A stretch of 64,000 nucleotides of DNA from Azolla caroliniana (taxonomy: Eukaryota; Plantae; Polypodiophyta), in the NCBI GenBank assembly GCA_043228905.1, contig JBHGNT010000005.1, positions 17,980,001 to 18,044,000 of the forward strand, read 5' to 3'. Shown piece by piece: positions 49,299 to 62,700 of the stretch (position 1 is its first letter; each line of letters starts with the position of its first letter). The notes under the pieces were generated by a model. That model was given only the letters and a program-made list of their open reading frames with translations. It made no database searches and was not told the DNA's origin. A program made the position numbers and the translations under genes.

Positions 49299-51574
49299 CA
49301 TGTCTCGCATTTCTGGCCCCTTTTGTGCTCACCCTTGCCCATGTTTTCTTTCATTCTATCTCCATGTGTATCAAAGAGACTCGCACTTTTTTACCCCTTT
49401 GCATTCATTCATCCTTACCCCCACATCTTGTTTTTTTCGATTATGCATTTCCTTGAGTGAGACTCGCATTATTGCTACCTTTTTTGCATTCTCTCCCTTC
49501 TTTTGTCTCGTGTACTCTATATGTGTTTTAAAATGTGTGGAGAAATACAACTCAACTCGTCCTTATAAGCTAAAGCAAGAAGGAAGAGAGGCTACAGTGA
49601 ACCCGTATGTTAAAGGGATTCTCTAATAGGGCATTTTGTTCTCTAAAGCAACGTTGTGGAAGGCTCCCTCCCAAAACTCATTCTCACACGCTAAGAAGAA
49701 AAAGTGAGGTTCAAAGTTAATGGATTCTTATGCAAGGCATTCATTTTGTAAGAAATGAAACAATTGCTTACATTTTTGTTTACAATGGCCAACTTAGCTT
49801 TGTTTGTAATCTGTGGATGACCATTAAGCATTTCATTTAGGTTAGCTATTAAATCATAAACACTCTTGGACTATTCATTCAATTGCTGCTTATGAAAAAT
49901 GTTTTTAATTTGAAAGACAAATTCGTGAAGGAACTTGAACATTCTAATTGCCTTAACATCCGCGAATTGAACCTTGTTACGCATCTCCTTGAATCATTTC
50001 TCCGATAAAGAGAGTGGTTTCCTTTCATATTAAGAAGGATTAGTTCTCACCCATGCTTTTGTAACTTGTTATCAAAAGGCAATGTCATCATTTTCACTCT
50101 AGTTCTTATGAAAAAAATGCTAAGGTCAATGTGGTAAAGGTCCTTTTTTGGAGCACAATATCAAGTTAAATCATATTAATGAACATCACATCAAAAATGT
50201 TGCTAGAGGCTCAAAGTCACAACCTTAATGTTGCTCAACACATCCTTTTTTGCTTCATGACCATTGCTTTTTATATCACAATCCTAAGGTTGTAGATCAC
50301 ATGATTTACTATTACACCATTCTTTGTATACATTTAAAGTTTGAATCGAAATAATATGAATGTCTAAAGACAATGATTTCACACCCTTCTTCATTATTAT
50401 TGCAATCGAAACAATTAAGGAGTCAACCTCAATCACCTAGACCTCCCTCTTCCGCTTGCATTTGCTTCACAACATATCCCTTTGGTAAACACTCATGCCA
50501 TCTACTCCTCCATGATTGTTCATCTACTCCTCCATGACTGTGAAAATAATTTAAAGAATAATGCATGACCAAAGAAACTTAGGTTTACGCTAAGGATGGT
50601 TGACATTTGTGTTTATACTTATAAAAAACACATAGAAATAATGTAGAAGACATAGTGTGTAAGCCATGAGTATGCTTTCAATGATGTTATCTAGGAAAAT
50701 GTAAGGGTAGAATTTCATGCGAACCTTAACACAACCAACAGTTGTTGTTAACCAATTTGAGTATTCTATATGTTCGAAAAGGCTACCCACTCACAATCTC
50801 TAATGTTTGCATGTCTACCAAGTAGGTAGACATTGTACTACGAGCATAACCATAACTTATCTTGTAGTAGTTTTTACCATAGTTTTATACACACGAGCAT
50901 GCGAGTGTGAGGATAATTGAAAATGTAAAGAAGGGAGGACTATTTTGAATCCTTCAAATTGAGACAACCCTTAAAAGCCAATTGTGAACTTGCCTAGGGA
51001 CTAGAGACCTAACTAACCTCATAAGGGGGATCATTCAACTACATCAAGATTGTGATATTTTGAATAATAGACTCTTGTGGTGAGCACATGCTAGTGCCAA
51101 GTACGACTTGAAGTCCATATGTAGCGGTATGTGATACAATTTAGGGATGGTGAGGGGGATTGGCACCCTTCTTTCTCTCTCCATCTATTTATTTTCTTAT
51201 TTTCAAAACAAAATATCCTTCCATTAGTTTTCAAAAAACATACCAGCTACAAACTACAAAATAGATGGAAAAGAAACGACTATCCCAATGGCTAGCCATG
51301 GATCATTCATTTAACTAAGATCTGTCTCAACATCTAATTACATTTCAGTATGTCTACCAATTCTCCCATGTTGCCACCTGATTTCAACATACCAAACAAT
51401 GTCATCATAGTAGTTAGAGGCCTTGCACAAGCATTCGAGGATAGAGTTGTATAACATCCTCCTTATCATGCTCAATAAAGCCCAATAACATGACATACCA
51501 TTGTACCATATCTCCACCAACAATAAATTCTCAAAAAGCTCCCAGGCTTCAATTGTTGCTCCACATTTACGGTA

Positions 51575-53120
51575 CCAACAAAAGGATCTTTTTCCAATCC
51601 ATCTTTTGCATTCACCAAAGCATTGTTAAGCACGATATCTTCCTCCATGAAGAGACCTTTATTTATACTCTCATCATGAATCTTTTCCCCTTTTACACTA
51701 AATCCACTGTTTCCAAATGCCTTAAGGATGCAAATATATGTGATCCTATCTGGTGAGAGACCCTCACTTTGCATTGTCTTTCTATGTTGATCATACCCAG
51801 TAATGAGTGATTCGAAGAGTATAGAGTCCTAACAAGAAGCTCACCATGCACTTTTTGTCCTTTTTCAAGCATACCACAATTCACATACCTATCTACCAAC
51901 ACCGTGCCCAACATAACATCCTTCTCACAAATCCCCTTCTAACAATTTGATCATGAACTTGAAATAAACAAAAACCCTTATCACGTTGTGAAATTTAGTA
52001 TAGCCAGTTCTGAGCTAGGCCGGCAAACAATGCATTCCAAGAGACTACAAATCAAGGTGGAACATGGTCCAAAAACCTACTTGAGCAGAGACACATAAGG
52101 TGGACTAAAATAATCCATTTTATATCATCATAAGTTTGACCACATTGAATACATCCTATGATGCGAGCATTCCCAGGTGCAATAATCTTCATGGGTAGTT
52201 CAATAACTACTTGTTCAACTTTCACTAGGTCACCACATTTTGCATACATCTAAACAAAGCTACTTCCAAAATGGGTAATCTTTGCTAGAAAACCTCTTTG
52301 GAGAATATGAGAGACTTTAAAATGCAAATGAAATAATATTACAACAGGAGAAAGTCCTTCACTTTGCATACGTTGAAAACATTTCAGTGCTTCAAATCCA
52401 TCTCTTGAAATAAAAAAACCCTCCCAAGGCTAAAATCATTGTATTCCACATCCATGTATCTCTAAATCGAAGCTTTGAAAATATTTATTGTGCCTCACCA
52501 AGTAAACCACAAACAATCTTTGTTGGGCCATCCTCAACATATCCTGTAATAGATGCATTCCACAAGAGAACATCTCTGTTTGCAAGAGTATCAAATACAT
52601 CTTGTGCATCTAACAGATATCAACACCTATCATACATCCCTATCGCACTATTCTCAATACAAATATCACTTTTGAGACCATCCCATACAATCTCTACCTA
52701 CAGTCTTCGTACTTTCCCAATGTCTCCTACTCTTCCACATGCTTTCAAGCATCACAAATATGTTACAGCCTTTGGAACAGTCTCCTCCAACTTCATTTGC
52801 TGAATACATTTGAAAACATCACTAAAAGGCCCATATTCAGTGTATCCCATAATCAATGAATTCCACAATACATAGATATGAACCATTTCAATACTTCTTT
52901 AACATGCTCATGTTCATGTTTCGTATAATTTGCAATCAACACATTGCAACAAGCTATTCCTTAGATAGAAACCAAAGTAGTTGCGTTCTGAGACACGCCC
53001 TCACAGCTCCTAGCTTTGAACCATTTCAATCCTTCTTCCGCATGCCCATAGCCAGCAACACAGAAGATATACTGCCAAATGTATACATCCTAATACAACA
53101 CCTTTTGACAGTTTGACTCC
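51575..53120 (-). pseudogene. Fragmented PLS-type PPR protein relics
   Basis: MQSEGLSPDRITYICILKAFG, LGTVLVDRYVNCGMLEKGQKV, MYAKCGDLVK and LWNASITGY motifs, with many frameshifts. Confidence 0.85.
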
Positions 53121-53189
53121 ACTCATCCTCACCAGAAAAAATGAAAAAACCGCTCCCCAAATTTGAAAACTAAATGTAAACATAATCAA

Positions 53190-54545
53190 GCCTCCCTATC
53201 GCTCCCTGGAACTACTTCATCATCCATTAACATCATCCATCTCTACCACTAACTTAGACTAAAAAAGATTTTCCTATAAGGACGGCTTCCCAGTAGGGTA
53301 CAACTAATGTATCCAATGTCCCTGTCACTCCATAAAAATGCATCCTCCTCCCATATCATCATCCTTCTCCAACACAAAATTATTTATGTTGTTCAAATCT
53401 GTGGATGACTTCCCCAAGCAAAGTTAATCCTTAAACCCCCCTCAACATCTAGTCTAATAGTACTAGTAAATGCTTCATCCACCATCAACATCTGTCTATG
53501 GTAATTGCGCAATGGCAGTGCACCATAGTCCATCAGTTACACAATAAAATCTGTCAAACAATACGAAGTAAGTTATGAAACATATAAAATAAACCTCCCT
53601 ATCACTCAATAGAAATACTTCCTCCTCCCATAACCTCATCCTTCTCCAACAAAGCACATTATTATGCTTTTTAGGTATATATGGATGACTTCCACAAGCA
53701 AAACCGATCCTTAAACCCCCTCAATGTCCAGTCTAATAAAAATAGATAAAATGCTTCCTCCTCCCATATCACATCCTTCTCCAACAAAAAAATATTATTA
53801 TGTTGTTCAAGTCTACGGACGACTTCCCCAAGCAAAGCCAATCCTTAAACCCCCTCAATATATTCTATAATACTAGTAAATCTTTCATCCTTCATCCACC
53901 ATCAACATCTGTCCATGGTATCCGCCCAACGGTAGTGCACCATAGTCCATCAACTCCACAATAAAATCTGCCAAAAAGTATAACCTCTACGAAGTAAGTT
54001 GTAATAAAATTATATAAAATAAACCTCCATGTCACTCTATAGAAATGCTTCCTCCTCACATAACCTCGTCCTTCTCCAACAAAAAGTGCATTATTAAGAT
54101 TTTCAAGTATACGGAAGACTTCCCCAAGCAAACCCGATCCTTAAACCCACTAACTGTCCAGTCTAATAGTAATAGTAAATGCTTCATCCACCATCAACAT
54201 CTGTCCATGGTAATTGCCCAATGACACCGCGTCATAGTCCATTACGTACATAATAAAACCTGCCAAAAAGTATCAAACACTACAAATTACGTTATAATAA
54301 AAATCTATAAATAACCTCCCTATCACTCCATAGCAATGCTTCGTCCTCCCATAGCAACATCCTTCTCCATCAAAGAATAGAATTATTATGTTTTTCAAGT
54401 ATACATATTATTTCCCCAAGCAAAGCCAATCCATAAACCCCCTCACTATTTAGTCTCTAGTACAGTAATAAATGCTTCATCCACCATCAACATTTGTCTA
54501 TGATAACTACCCAGCAGTACCTTTTAGTCCATCAACTGCACATTT
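53190..54545. repeat. Degenerate ~292-bp tandem repeat (~4 copies plus a partial internal duplication)
   Basis: CCACCATCAACAT recurs at ~53479, 53896, 54188 and 54481; TTCCCCAAGCAAA...CCTTAAACCC also recurs. Confidence 0.8.
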
Positions 54546-54995
54546 ATTTTCTTATTTTCGTGCTTACATTAGATAGATTCATGACATGATGGTAGGGATA
54601 TTTTATTTGCATGAAATTCTAAAGATGACTTCGTAACATAGACCACATCACCATGGCATTGACTCTCTTCCCAACCATTCAATAGATAGTTATCGCTTAT
54701 TTGCAAGTTTTCAAACATGGGGCTAAACATTGACACTAATCTTTCATACAAACGTGTAATTAGTTGGGATTGCCAACCTAAATGGAATGATGATGACAAA
54801 AGAATTGGTCATGTCATCTTCATCCCAATCATAAATTAAATAGGGTCACCATGATGTGGGTAGAAAGAATGTTAAGGGCCAAGGTTCTTAGAATTTTTAT
54901 TATGGCATAGGATGGAGAAGAAGGAATTAGACTTGAACATGAAATGTCTTCAAACAACTCAATGTAGAGAGTTCCTCTCAAATTAGCTTGGGAAG

Positions 54996-57900
54996 TGTCA
55001 TGATATGGCAAGACTCGAACCCATGACCTTAGGTTATATGGGTCGAGCTCTTGACCATTAGATCATCTATTGTAATACGTAGGATATTATTTTCATTTAC
55101 ATTTTATTATAGGAAATTAAGTGTATATTCCAGATTTCTCTGGAACATTCTAGAAGCTTCAGGATTACTCCTGAAAACACTATAAAAGAGGGCACTAGGC
55201 ATTATGTTGAACCAAATTGGTTCAACGCCAGTCTTAAGCCTTTTAGCCACCATTGTATATTCTCTTCATATAATACATATCTTTCTTATCATCACTCACT
55301 CTCTCTCTCTCTCTCTCTCTCCGTCTCGCTCACTTCTTCCTTCTCTCTCGAAGAAGTTCCACACCTCTCATAGTACTAATCCTTCGTTTAGTACTAATTC
55401 CTTCTCTGTCTCAGTACTGTTCCTGACAGTTTGAACCAATTTTCCCTACATTCTGTCTCTCTCGTTTCCTACTAATCTTTTATTCCTCTTTTCTTCCATC
55501 CCATGGCCATTGTTAGTGTTGAAGAATATCAATCTGTTTTCTCGGAATTTCAATGCTTGAAGGAGAAGTTCCATGCTTTGGAACAAGAAAACCAACGGTT
55601 GTTGGGGGATCTTCAGCAAATCTCCTTAGAAAAGCAGCAAACGCAACAACAACATGGGGAACTTGCGTTACGCGTGCAACAACTCGAAGCAACCATCGTA
55701 GCGATGCAACAACAAGGGCCCGGAACACAAGGGATTCATAAAGAACCCAAGATTGGCCTTCCCACGAAGTTTGATGGAACGCGATCGCAGTTTAGAGGGT
55801 TCCTTAACCAGGTACGATTAGTTATTCAAATGCATCCTTCTCGATATCCCACCGATGCATCACGAGTGGGTTTAGTAGGCACTTTGTTAAGTGGCTCGGC
55901 GTTGTCATGGTTCGCTCCACTATTAGAAAAGGAATCTCCGTTACTCAACAATTTTGAAGAGTTTCTAGGTGAGTTTAAAGCATGTTTCGGAGATACTAAC
56001 AGCATCAGGACCGCAATCAACAAAATCCGACGATTACGCCAAGGTGACCGTCCAGCCTCCGCATACGCTGCAGATTTTCGTCTACTCGCCGCCGATATTC
56101 CTTGGGATCATCAAGCGTTGATGGAGCAATTCCGTTATGGTTTACGCAACGACGTCAAGGATTTACTCTTGACCTTCCCCGAAGAGCCAAAGTCCTTAAC
56201 AGAAGCAATCAGTCGCGCGGTAAGATGTGACAACCGCCTCTTTGAGCGACGTTCAGAACGATAGCTACAGATGCCGAGGGCAAGATCAGAGCCCACCTAC
56301 GCCTCAGTGGTAGCAAGACCTTTTCCGAGGGAGTCATATAATGCGCCTCGAGCGAATACTCCGACTCCGATGGAGATTGACACTACACGTCGTCGAGGGC
56401 CATTATCCGAAGAAGAAAAGCAGCGACGCCGTACAAATCGACTATGTCTTTACTGCGGTGGACCAGGACATATCGCAATAAATTGCCCCCATAGGCCAAG
56501 AAGACAGGTAAACCAAATAGTCGCTAGTTCTAATTGTAGTAAACCCGAGCCTATTTCAGTAGGAATACCTGATAGTCCTAATAGTACTAATATCCCAGAT
56601 CTAGCAAACAAATTTGATGTCCTTAGTCAGTTAGAAGAAGAGTTAAACGACTAAGTCCAGCCAAAATAGGAGCCGTTTGGTTGGACAACCCTAGATCTGT
56701 GCAGCCCATTAGTGGTTCCATTCCCTCTAAGCAAGTTAGTGATGTGTTCGTAGCCCAAGTAATAGTTAGTACTAAAAGTACCCCTCTAGTACATGTCCTA
56801 ACACTCCTAGATTCCGGAGCTAACTCTTGCTTTATGGATAAGAAATTTGCTCAAGCTCATAAGATATCCCTAAGAAAACTCCAGTGTCCAGCCTCTGTAG
56901 TAGTCATTGATGGGCGTCCCATTGCTTCCGGAAATATCATAGAAGAGTCAGAGCCCATTAATATTGTCCTAGATAACTTAGCATGTGTAGTATCATTTAA
57001 TATTATTAGTATCCCAGAACATCCTATAGTTTTAGGATTACCGTGGTTCGAGTTACATAACCCAGACATAGATTGGAGAACAGGAGAAATCCGGTGTCGA
57101 CAAACCCAAGGGTCAACTCAGAAGATGGCAACCATTTCGCTACGTCAGTTGCGTAAAGAAGGGCGCAAGGAGGAAATGTTCCTCTTTGCAATATCAGTAA
57201 ACCCCTCCAGCACCACTAAAGAAGAATCCACCGTTCAACTTCCCGAGAAGTATCGTCATTACGCCGATGTGTTCGATAAAGTACAAGCCAACACACCCTC
57301 ATCATCGACCGTACGATTGCCCCATCGATTTACAACTGGGAAAAGAGCCGCCATGGGGACCAATCTACAATTTGTCACCAATCAAGCTGGAAGTCCTTCG
57401 GGCCTATATAGAGGAGAATTTGGAAAATGGTTTCATTCGGCATTCGAAATCTCCAACCGGCGCGCCCATTTTCTTCGTCAAGAAAAAAGATGGATCGCTT
57501 CGTCTCGTTGTTGATTAACGTGGCTTGAATAAGGTTACAATCAGGAATAGGTATGCTCTTCCCCTTATCTCAAGTCTTTTAGAACGGATCAATGGTGCCA
57601 GGTTCTTCACGAAGATCGACTTACGGGGAGCATATAACCTCGTACGGATCCGACCAGGAGACGAATGGAAGACCGCGTTTCGCACCAGATATGGGCACTT
57701 CGAATATACGGTCATGCCGTTCGGCCTCACTAATGCGCTGACAGTCTTCCAGCACATGGCTAATGATATATTCCGAGATCTATTGGATGATTGTTTGATC
57801 ATCTATTTGGATGATCTACTGGTTTATTCAAAGACCCAAGAAGAACATGATTCTCATGTACTATTAGTACTAAAACAACTTCGAGAACATGGTCTGTATG

Positions 57901-60633
57901 CAAAGCTGGAAAAATGTAGTTTCGGGTGGAATTTCTCGGCTACATCGTTTCGTCAGAAGGCATCTCCATGGACCCAGCTAAGGTCAAAATGGTGGTAGAA
58001 TGGCAGAATCCGCGTTCGGTGTGGGATGTGCAATGCTTCTTAGGCTTTGCCAATTTTTACCGGAAGTTCATACAAGATTACTCAAAGATCGTTCTATCTC
58101 TCACACAACTTACCAGGAAGGGACAACCATTCATCTGGTCTGAAGAAACGAACATGGATTTCGAGAGTCTTAAAAAGGCATTTACATCGGCTCCAATTCT
58201 AGCTCATGTCAATCCGGAAAAACCATTCATTATCGAAGCTGACGCATCGGATTTTGCATTGGGGAGCATTCTGTCACAACAGGGGAATGATGAGAAGCTA
58301 CATCCTGTGGCTTTTCACTCATGCAAGTTTGACGTCGCCGAAATCAACTACGAAATTCATGATAAGGAGCTATTGGCAATAGTGGATTCTTTTATGCAAT
58401 GGAGGCATTTTCTGGAGGGATCCTCTCATCCAGTCACCGTATTTAGTGACCACAAGAATCTTGCCTACTTTCAGGATGCTCGTGTGTTGAATTGACGTCA
58501 AGCTCGGTGGGCCCACTTCCTCACGCGTTTCGACTTCAAAATTACATATCGTCCGGGGAGGCACCAAGGGAAGGCAGATGCATTATCACGACGTTCGTAT
58601 CTAGCACCCCGTCCCGGCGAGCCAGCTTTCGATAACCAAAAACAAGTCATCTTGGGACCGGCACGACTACAAGCAACAAAGATCTTTGACATGCCTATGG
58701 ATTCCCGCGTTATCGATACCATACGTGAAGACTTGAAGACAGATGCATTCGCCCAAGCTATACTAGCACAAATTGATCCCTCTCGAGCGTCGTGTTCACA
58801 GTTGCAACCACCAGGTACGGACTATCGGCAATTCAAATACCATGATGGATTAGTCTTCTTTAAAGAACTTTTGTATGTTCCTAATGGTTCTTGCCGCCTT
58901 TGAGTAGTACAAAACTGTCATGACACATATACAGCTGGGCATTTTGGTAGTACTAAAACATTACATTTAGTACAACGAACATTCTGGTGGCCCTATATGC
59001 GACAATTTGTCGAGGATTTTGTTCGGACTTGTGATACATGTTGCAGAGCGAAAATGCCAAGGCATCATCCATATGGTTTATTAGAACCATTACCAATTCC
59101 AAGCAAGCCGTGGCAATCCATTGCTCTAGACTTCATCACAGATCTTCCAGTCTCTAAGGGGTTCAATGCGATTCTAACTGTGGTCGATCGATATACGAAG
59201 ATGGCTCATTTCTTGCCATGTACTAAGGAGATCTCTAGTGAAGACACTGCATTGTCATGCGTGAAGTATGTCGGCATCATGGACTTCCTGATAGTATCAT
59301 CAGCGACCGTGGACCCCAGTTCGTGTCAAAATTCTAGAAGCACCTTTTTAACATGCTCAAGGTCACTTGTAACCTCTCCTCCGGCTACCACCCACAAACC
59401 GACGGCCAAGCTGAACGAACAAATCAAACGTTGGAGCAGTATCTGCGGTGCTTTCTCAGCTATCATCAAGATGACTGGGCAGATATTCTCCGCTTCGCCG
59501 AATTTGCCTATAACAACTCTATCCACGCATCCACTAAAGTTACGCCATTTTATGCTTATATGGGATATCACCCCCGGTGGAGTGTACTTGAAACCCCAGA
59601 GGTGTCCACAAATCCGTGCGCGGAGGATCGTTTGGAGCAGTTACGCAAGATATAAACGTATTTATCTACTCATCTCCAGCAAGCTCAACAAACACACAAG
59701 GTCTACGCAGATCGTCATCGACTTCCATCCAGTTTTAATATTGGAGATCGGGTGTGGTTGCTACGATGACACATCAAGACTACTTGTCCTTGTGAGAAGT
59801 TAGATTATCGGCGATTAGGTCCTTTCCGTATTATTGGACAAATTAATGATGTCGCTTTTCGTCTCGAGCTACCTCCTCATAGTTCTCTCCTCGAACCCTA
59901 CCACGAGAGCACCATCCCAGGACGTCTTATCCAACCTCCACCCCCGATCGAGCTTGAAGATGGGCCGGAGTACGAGGTTGCCGCCATCCTTGATTCCAAG
60001 ATTGTTCACAACAAGCTCTACTATCTAGTCGATTGGCTAGGCTATAGCCCCAACGAATGTTCGTGGGAACCGATCGAGAATGTGACCAATGCTCGTGCTC
60101 CTCTTGAAGACTTCCATTGTCAATATCCACACAAACCAGGTCCTCAATCCAAGACGACTCGTGACACTCGTCGTTTTAAAGGGGGGATAGTGTCATGATA
60201 TGGCAAGACTCGAACCCATGACCTTAGGTTATATGGGTCGAGCTCTTGACCATTAGATCATCTATTGTAATACGTGGGATATTATTTTCATTTACATTTT
60301 ATTATAGGAAATTAAGTGTATATTCCAGATTTCTTTGGAACATTCTAGAAGCTTCAGGATTACTCCTGAAAACACTATAAAAGAGGGCACTAGGCATTAT
60401 GTTGAACCAAATTGGTTCAACGCCAGTCTTAAGCCTTTTAGCCACCATTGTATATTCTCTTCATATAATACATATCTTTCTTATCATCACTCTCTCTCTC
60501 ACTCGATCACTCTCTCTCTCTCTCTCCGTCTCGCTCACTTCTTCCTTCTCTCTCGAAGAAGTTCCACACCTCTCATAGTACTAATCCTTCGTTTAGTACT
60601 AATTCCTTCTCTGTCTCAGTACTGTTCCTGACA
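54996..60633 (+). mobile_element. Ty3/Gypsy chromovirus, Tcn1/Tf1-like; LTRs 54996-55428 and 60191-60633
   Basis: Perfect TSD GGAAG (54991-54995/60634-60638), TG...CA ends and PPT AAAGGGGGGATAG. The LTRs are nearly identical. Confidence 0.97.
55503..60170 (+). pseudogene. Chromovirus gag and pol (PR, RT, RNase H, IN, chromodomain), disrupted
   Basis: [44 protein letters not shown]...DKELLAI, HPQTDGQAER and EYEVAAILDS...YLVDWLGY...SWEP motifs, with several stops and frameshifts. Confidence 0.93.
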
Positions 60634-61347
60634 GGAAGTATATATCACCAAATAAAATTCAAATGTAGTTGAAAATCTCTTTACTCCCCAACAAAATAAA
60701 CTAGTGTAATGTCAAACAATTATTAAGATGGTTTGATGTATGCGTTTTGTACCTTGATCTTCATCTTAACTAAAGTTTCACATTGATCACGTGGAAGATG
60801 ACTCCATCAAGACCTATTCAAGTAAGAGGCCTTTTTTTTTTCCAAAACAAAATATCCTTCCATTAGTTTTCAAAAAAACCTATCAGGTACAAACTACAAA
60901 ATAGATGGAAAAGAAGAGAAAAAAAGGACTATCCCAATGGCTAGCCATGGATCCTTCATTTAACTAAGACCCAAGTCAACATCTAATTTGATTTCAGTAT
61001 GACTACCCATTCTCCTATGTTGCCACTTGCTTTCAACATACCAGAAAATCATAATAATTAGAGACCTTGCATAGGCATTCAAGGATAGAGTTGTATAGCA
61101 TCCCCATTCTTATCCTACTCAATATATCCCAATAACATGGCAAACCATTGTACCACATTCCTCGAATCATGTGCGATAAATGGAAACCTTCAACTTGCCT
61201 TCATTATAAAAGAATTTGCAAGTGTTCTTCTAAAGGAGTCATTCAATCTGGTCATATGAATGCCTTTTCTTGGACCATTTTAATATCCTTCTATTCCCTT
61301 CAACCCCAGGTTGGTTTTATTTCAAGCTACCATTTCTATATCATCAT

Positions 61348-61850
61348 CTAGTAACATTTCATCTTTGAAAAGTGTATTAACCTTGGTACTAACAGCAAAT
61401 CCACCAAATTTACAGTCATCATATCGAATGCAATGCAAGCATGGCTTGTATAGTTGTCACCGAAAATAGGAATTTTTGGGTTACATTTACTGAAATGTGT
61501 GAGAATGATTTGATACACTCTAGAAGATTTTGCAACTTGTATTGCTTCTTTTGTCGTACTATGATTTTTCATGATCGCTCCAACATGCATGCTATCATCA
61601 AAAATTGCATCATGTATTAAAATCGTAGGTCCAATTGAAGCTTCAACCATTTCTTCACAACGTCTTGTATCTCCTGAGTAAACAAGCTTCCAACTTGTTT
61701 CTACATTCCCTCCATTCTCCTCCTTGGGTTGTGATTCTAAAACTACCCCATATGCATTAAGACAATGAACCACTTGTATGCTCACACAACTTCGGAGACC
61801 CATAGCATGCAGAACATTCTTCAAATTATGTCGTCCTGCCACATCCACTC
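61348..61850 (-). pseudogene. Long-form tRNase Z (ELAC2/TRZ3-4-like) C-terminal fragment, intronless and degenerate
   Basis: VVHC..AYGVV, WKLVYSGDTRRC, LIHDAIF (HEAT motif altered), HSTTKEAI, ILTHFSKCNPKIP (HFSQRY altered) and IAFDMM. Confidence 0.85.
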
Positions 61851-61984
61851 CTTGTTGGAAATGAAAACCTTGATCCTTCCTATTGACATTACTTTCACGA
61901 ACATCATGAGGATCACCCATTTCTTTCCACCAACAATAAATTCTCAAACAATGCTCAGGCTTCAATTATTGCTCCACATTTACA

Positions 61985-62700
61985 CTACCAATCTTCGTTG
62001 AGCCATGCTCAACATATCTTGTAATAGATGCATTACACAAGAGAACATCTTTGTTTGCAAGAATATCCAAATTAATACATCTTGTGTATCTACATCTCGA
62101 ACTGAAATATCATCGACTATTTTTTGTGCTTTTTCAAGCTTGCCACATATAGCATACATGTCCAACAAAGCATTCCCAAGCTCAATATTGTCTTCTAATA
62201 GCCTCTTACTCATAATTTCAATGTGATTTTCTATGCATGTCAACCACTCTTTCCCTGCCACCTTGGCAAACTTCTCAAGGCCAAAATCATTGTCTCCCAC
62301 ATCCTTGTATCTCAAAATCAAAGCGTTGAAAATATTTCTTGTGCCTCACCAAGTAAACCACAAAAAATCTCTGCTAAGCCATGGTCAACCTATCCTGTAA
62401 TAGATGCATTCCACAAGAGAACATCTCTGATTGCAAGAATATCAAATACATATTGTGTATCTAACAGAGATCAACACCTACCATACATCCAAGAGACCAC
62501 ATCTCAAACTGAATATCATTGACTGTTTTTATTTTTATTTTTTCCTTTTCAAGCTTGCCACATATAGCATATGTCCAACAAAGCATTTCCAAGCTCAATA
62601 TTGTCTTCTAGCAGCCTCTTACTCATGATTCCATTGCGAGTTTCTATGCTTGTTAACCACTCCTACAGTGCCACCTGCCTTTAGCAAACTTACAAAGGTT
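61985..62700 (-). pseudogene. PPR relic, paralogous to 52.0-52.7 kb
   Basis: LGNALLDMYAICGKLEKAQK-type sequence is present twice; 62280-62485 aligns with 52430-52640. Confidence 0.85.

Noticed and set aside
49085-49460. Ser-Gly and Ala-Gln repeat ORFs
   Set aside because: Hexamer-repeat artefacts with no gene structure.
61348-61965. Functional tRNase Z gene partnering the tRNA array
   Set aside because: Only the C-terminal part is present, HEAT and HFSQRY are mutated, and it lies 23 kb from the array beyond unrelated genes.
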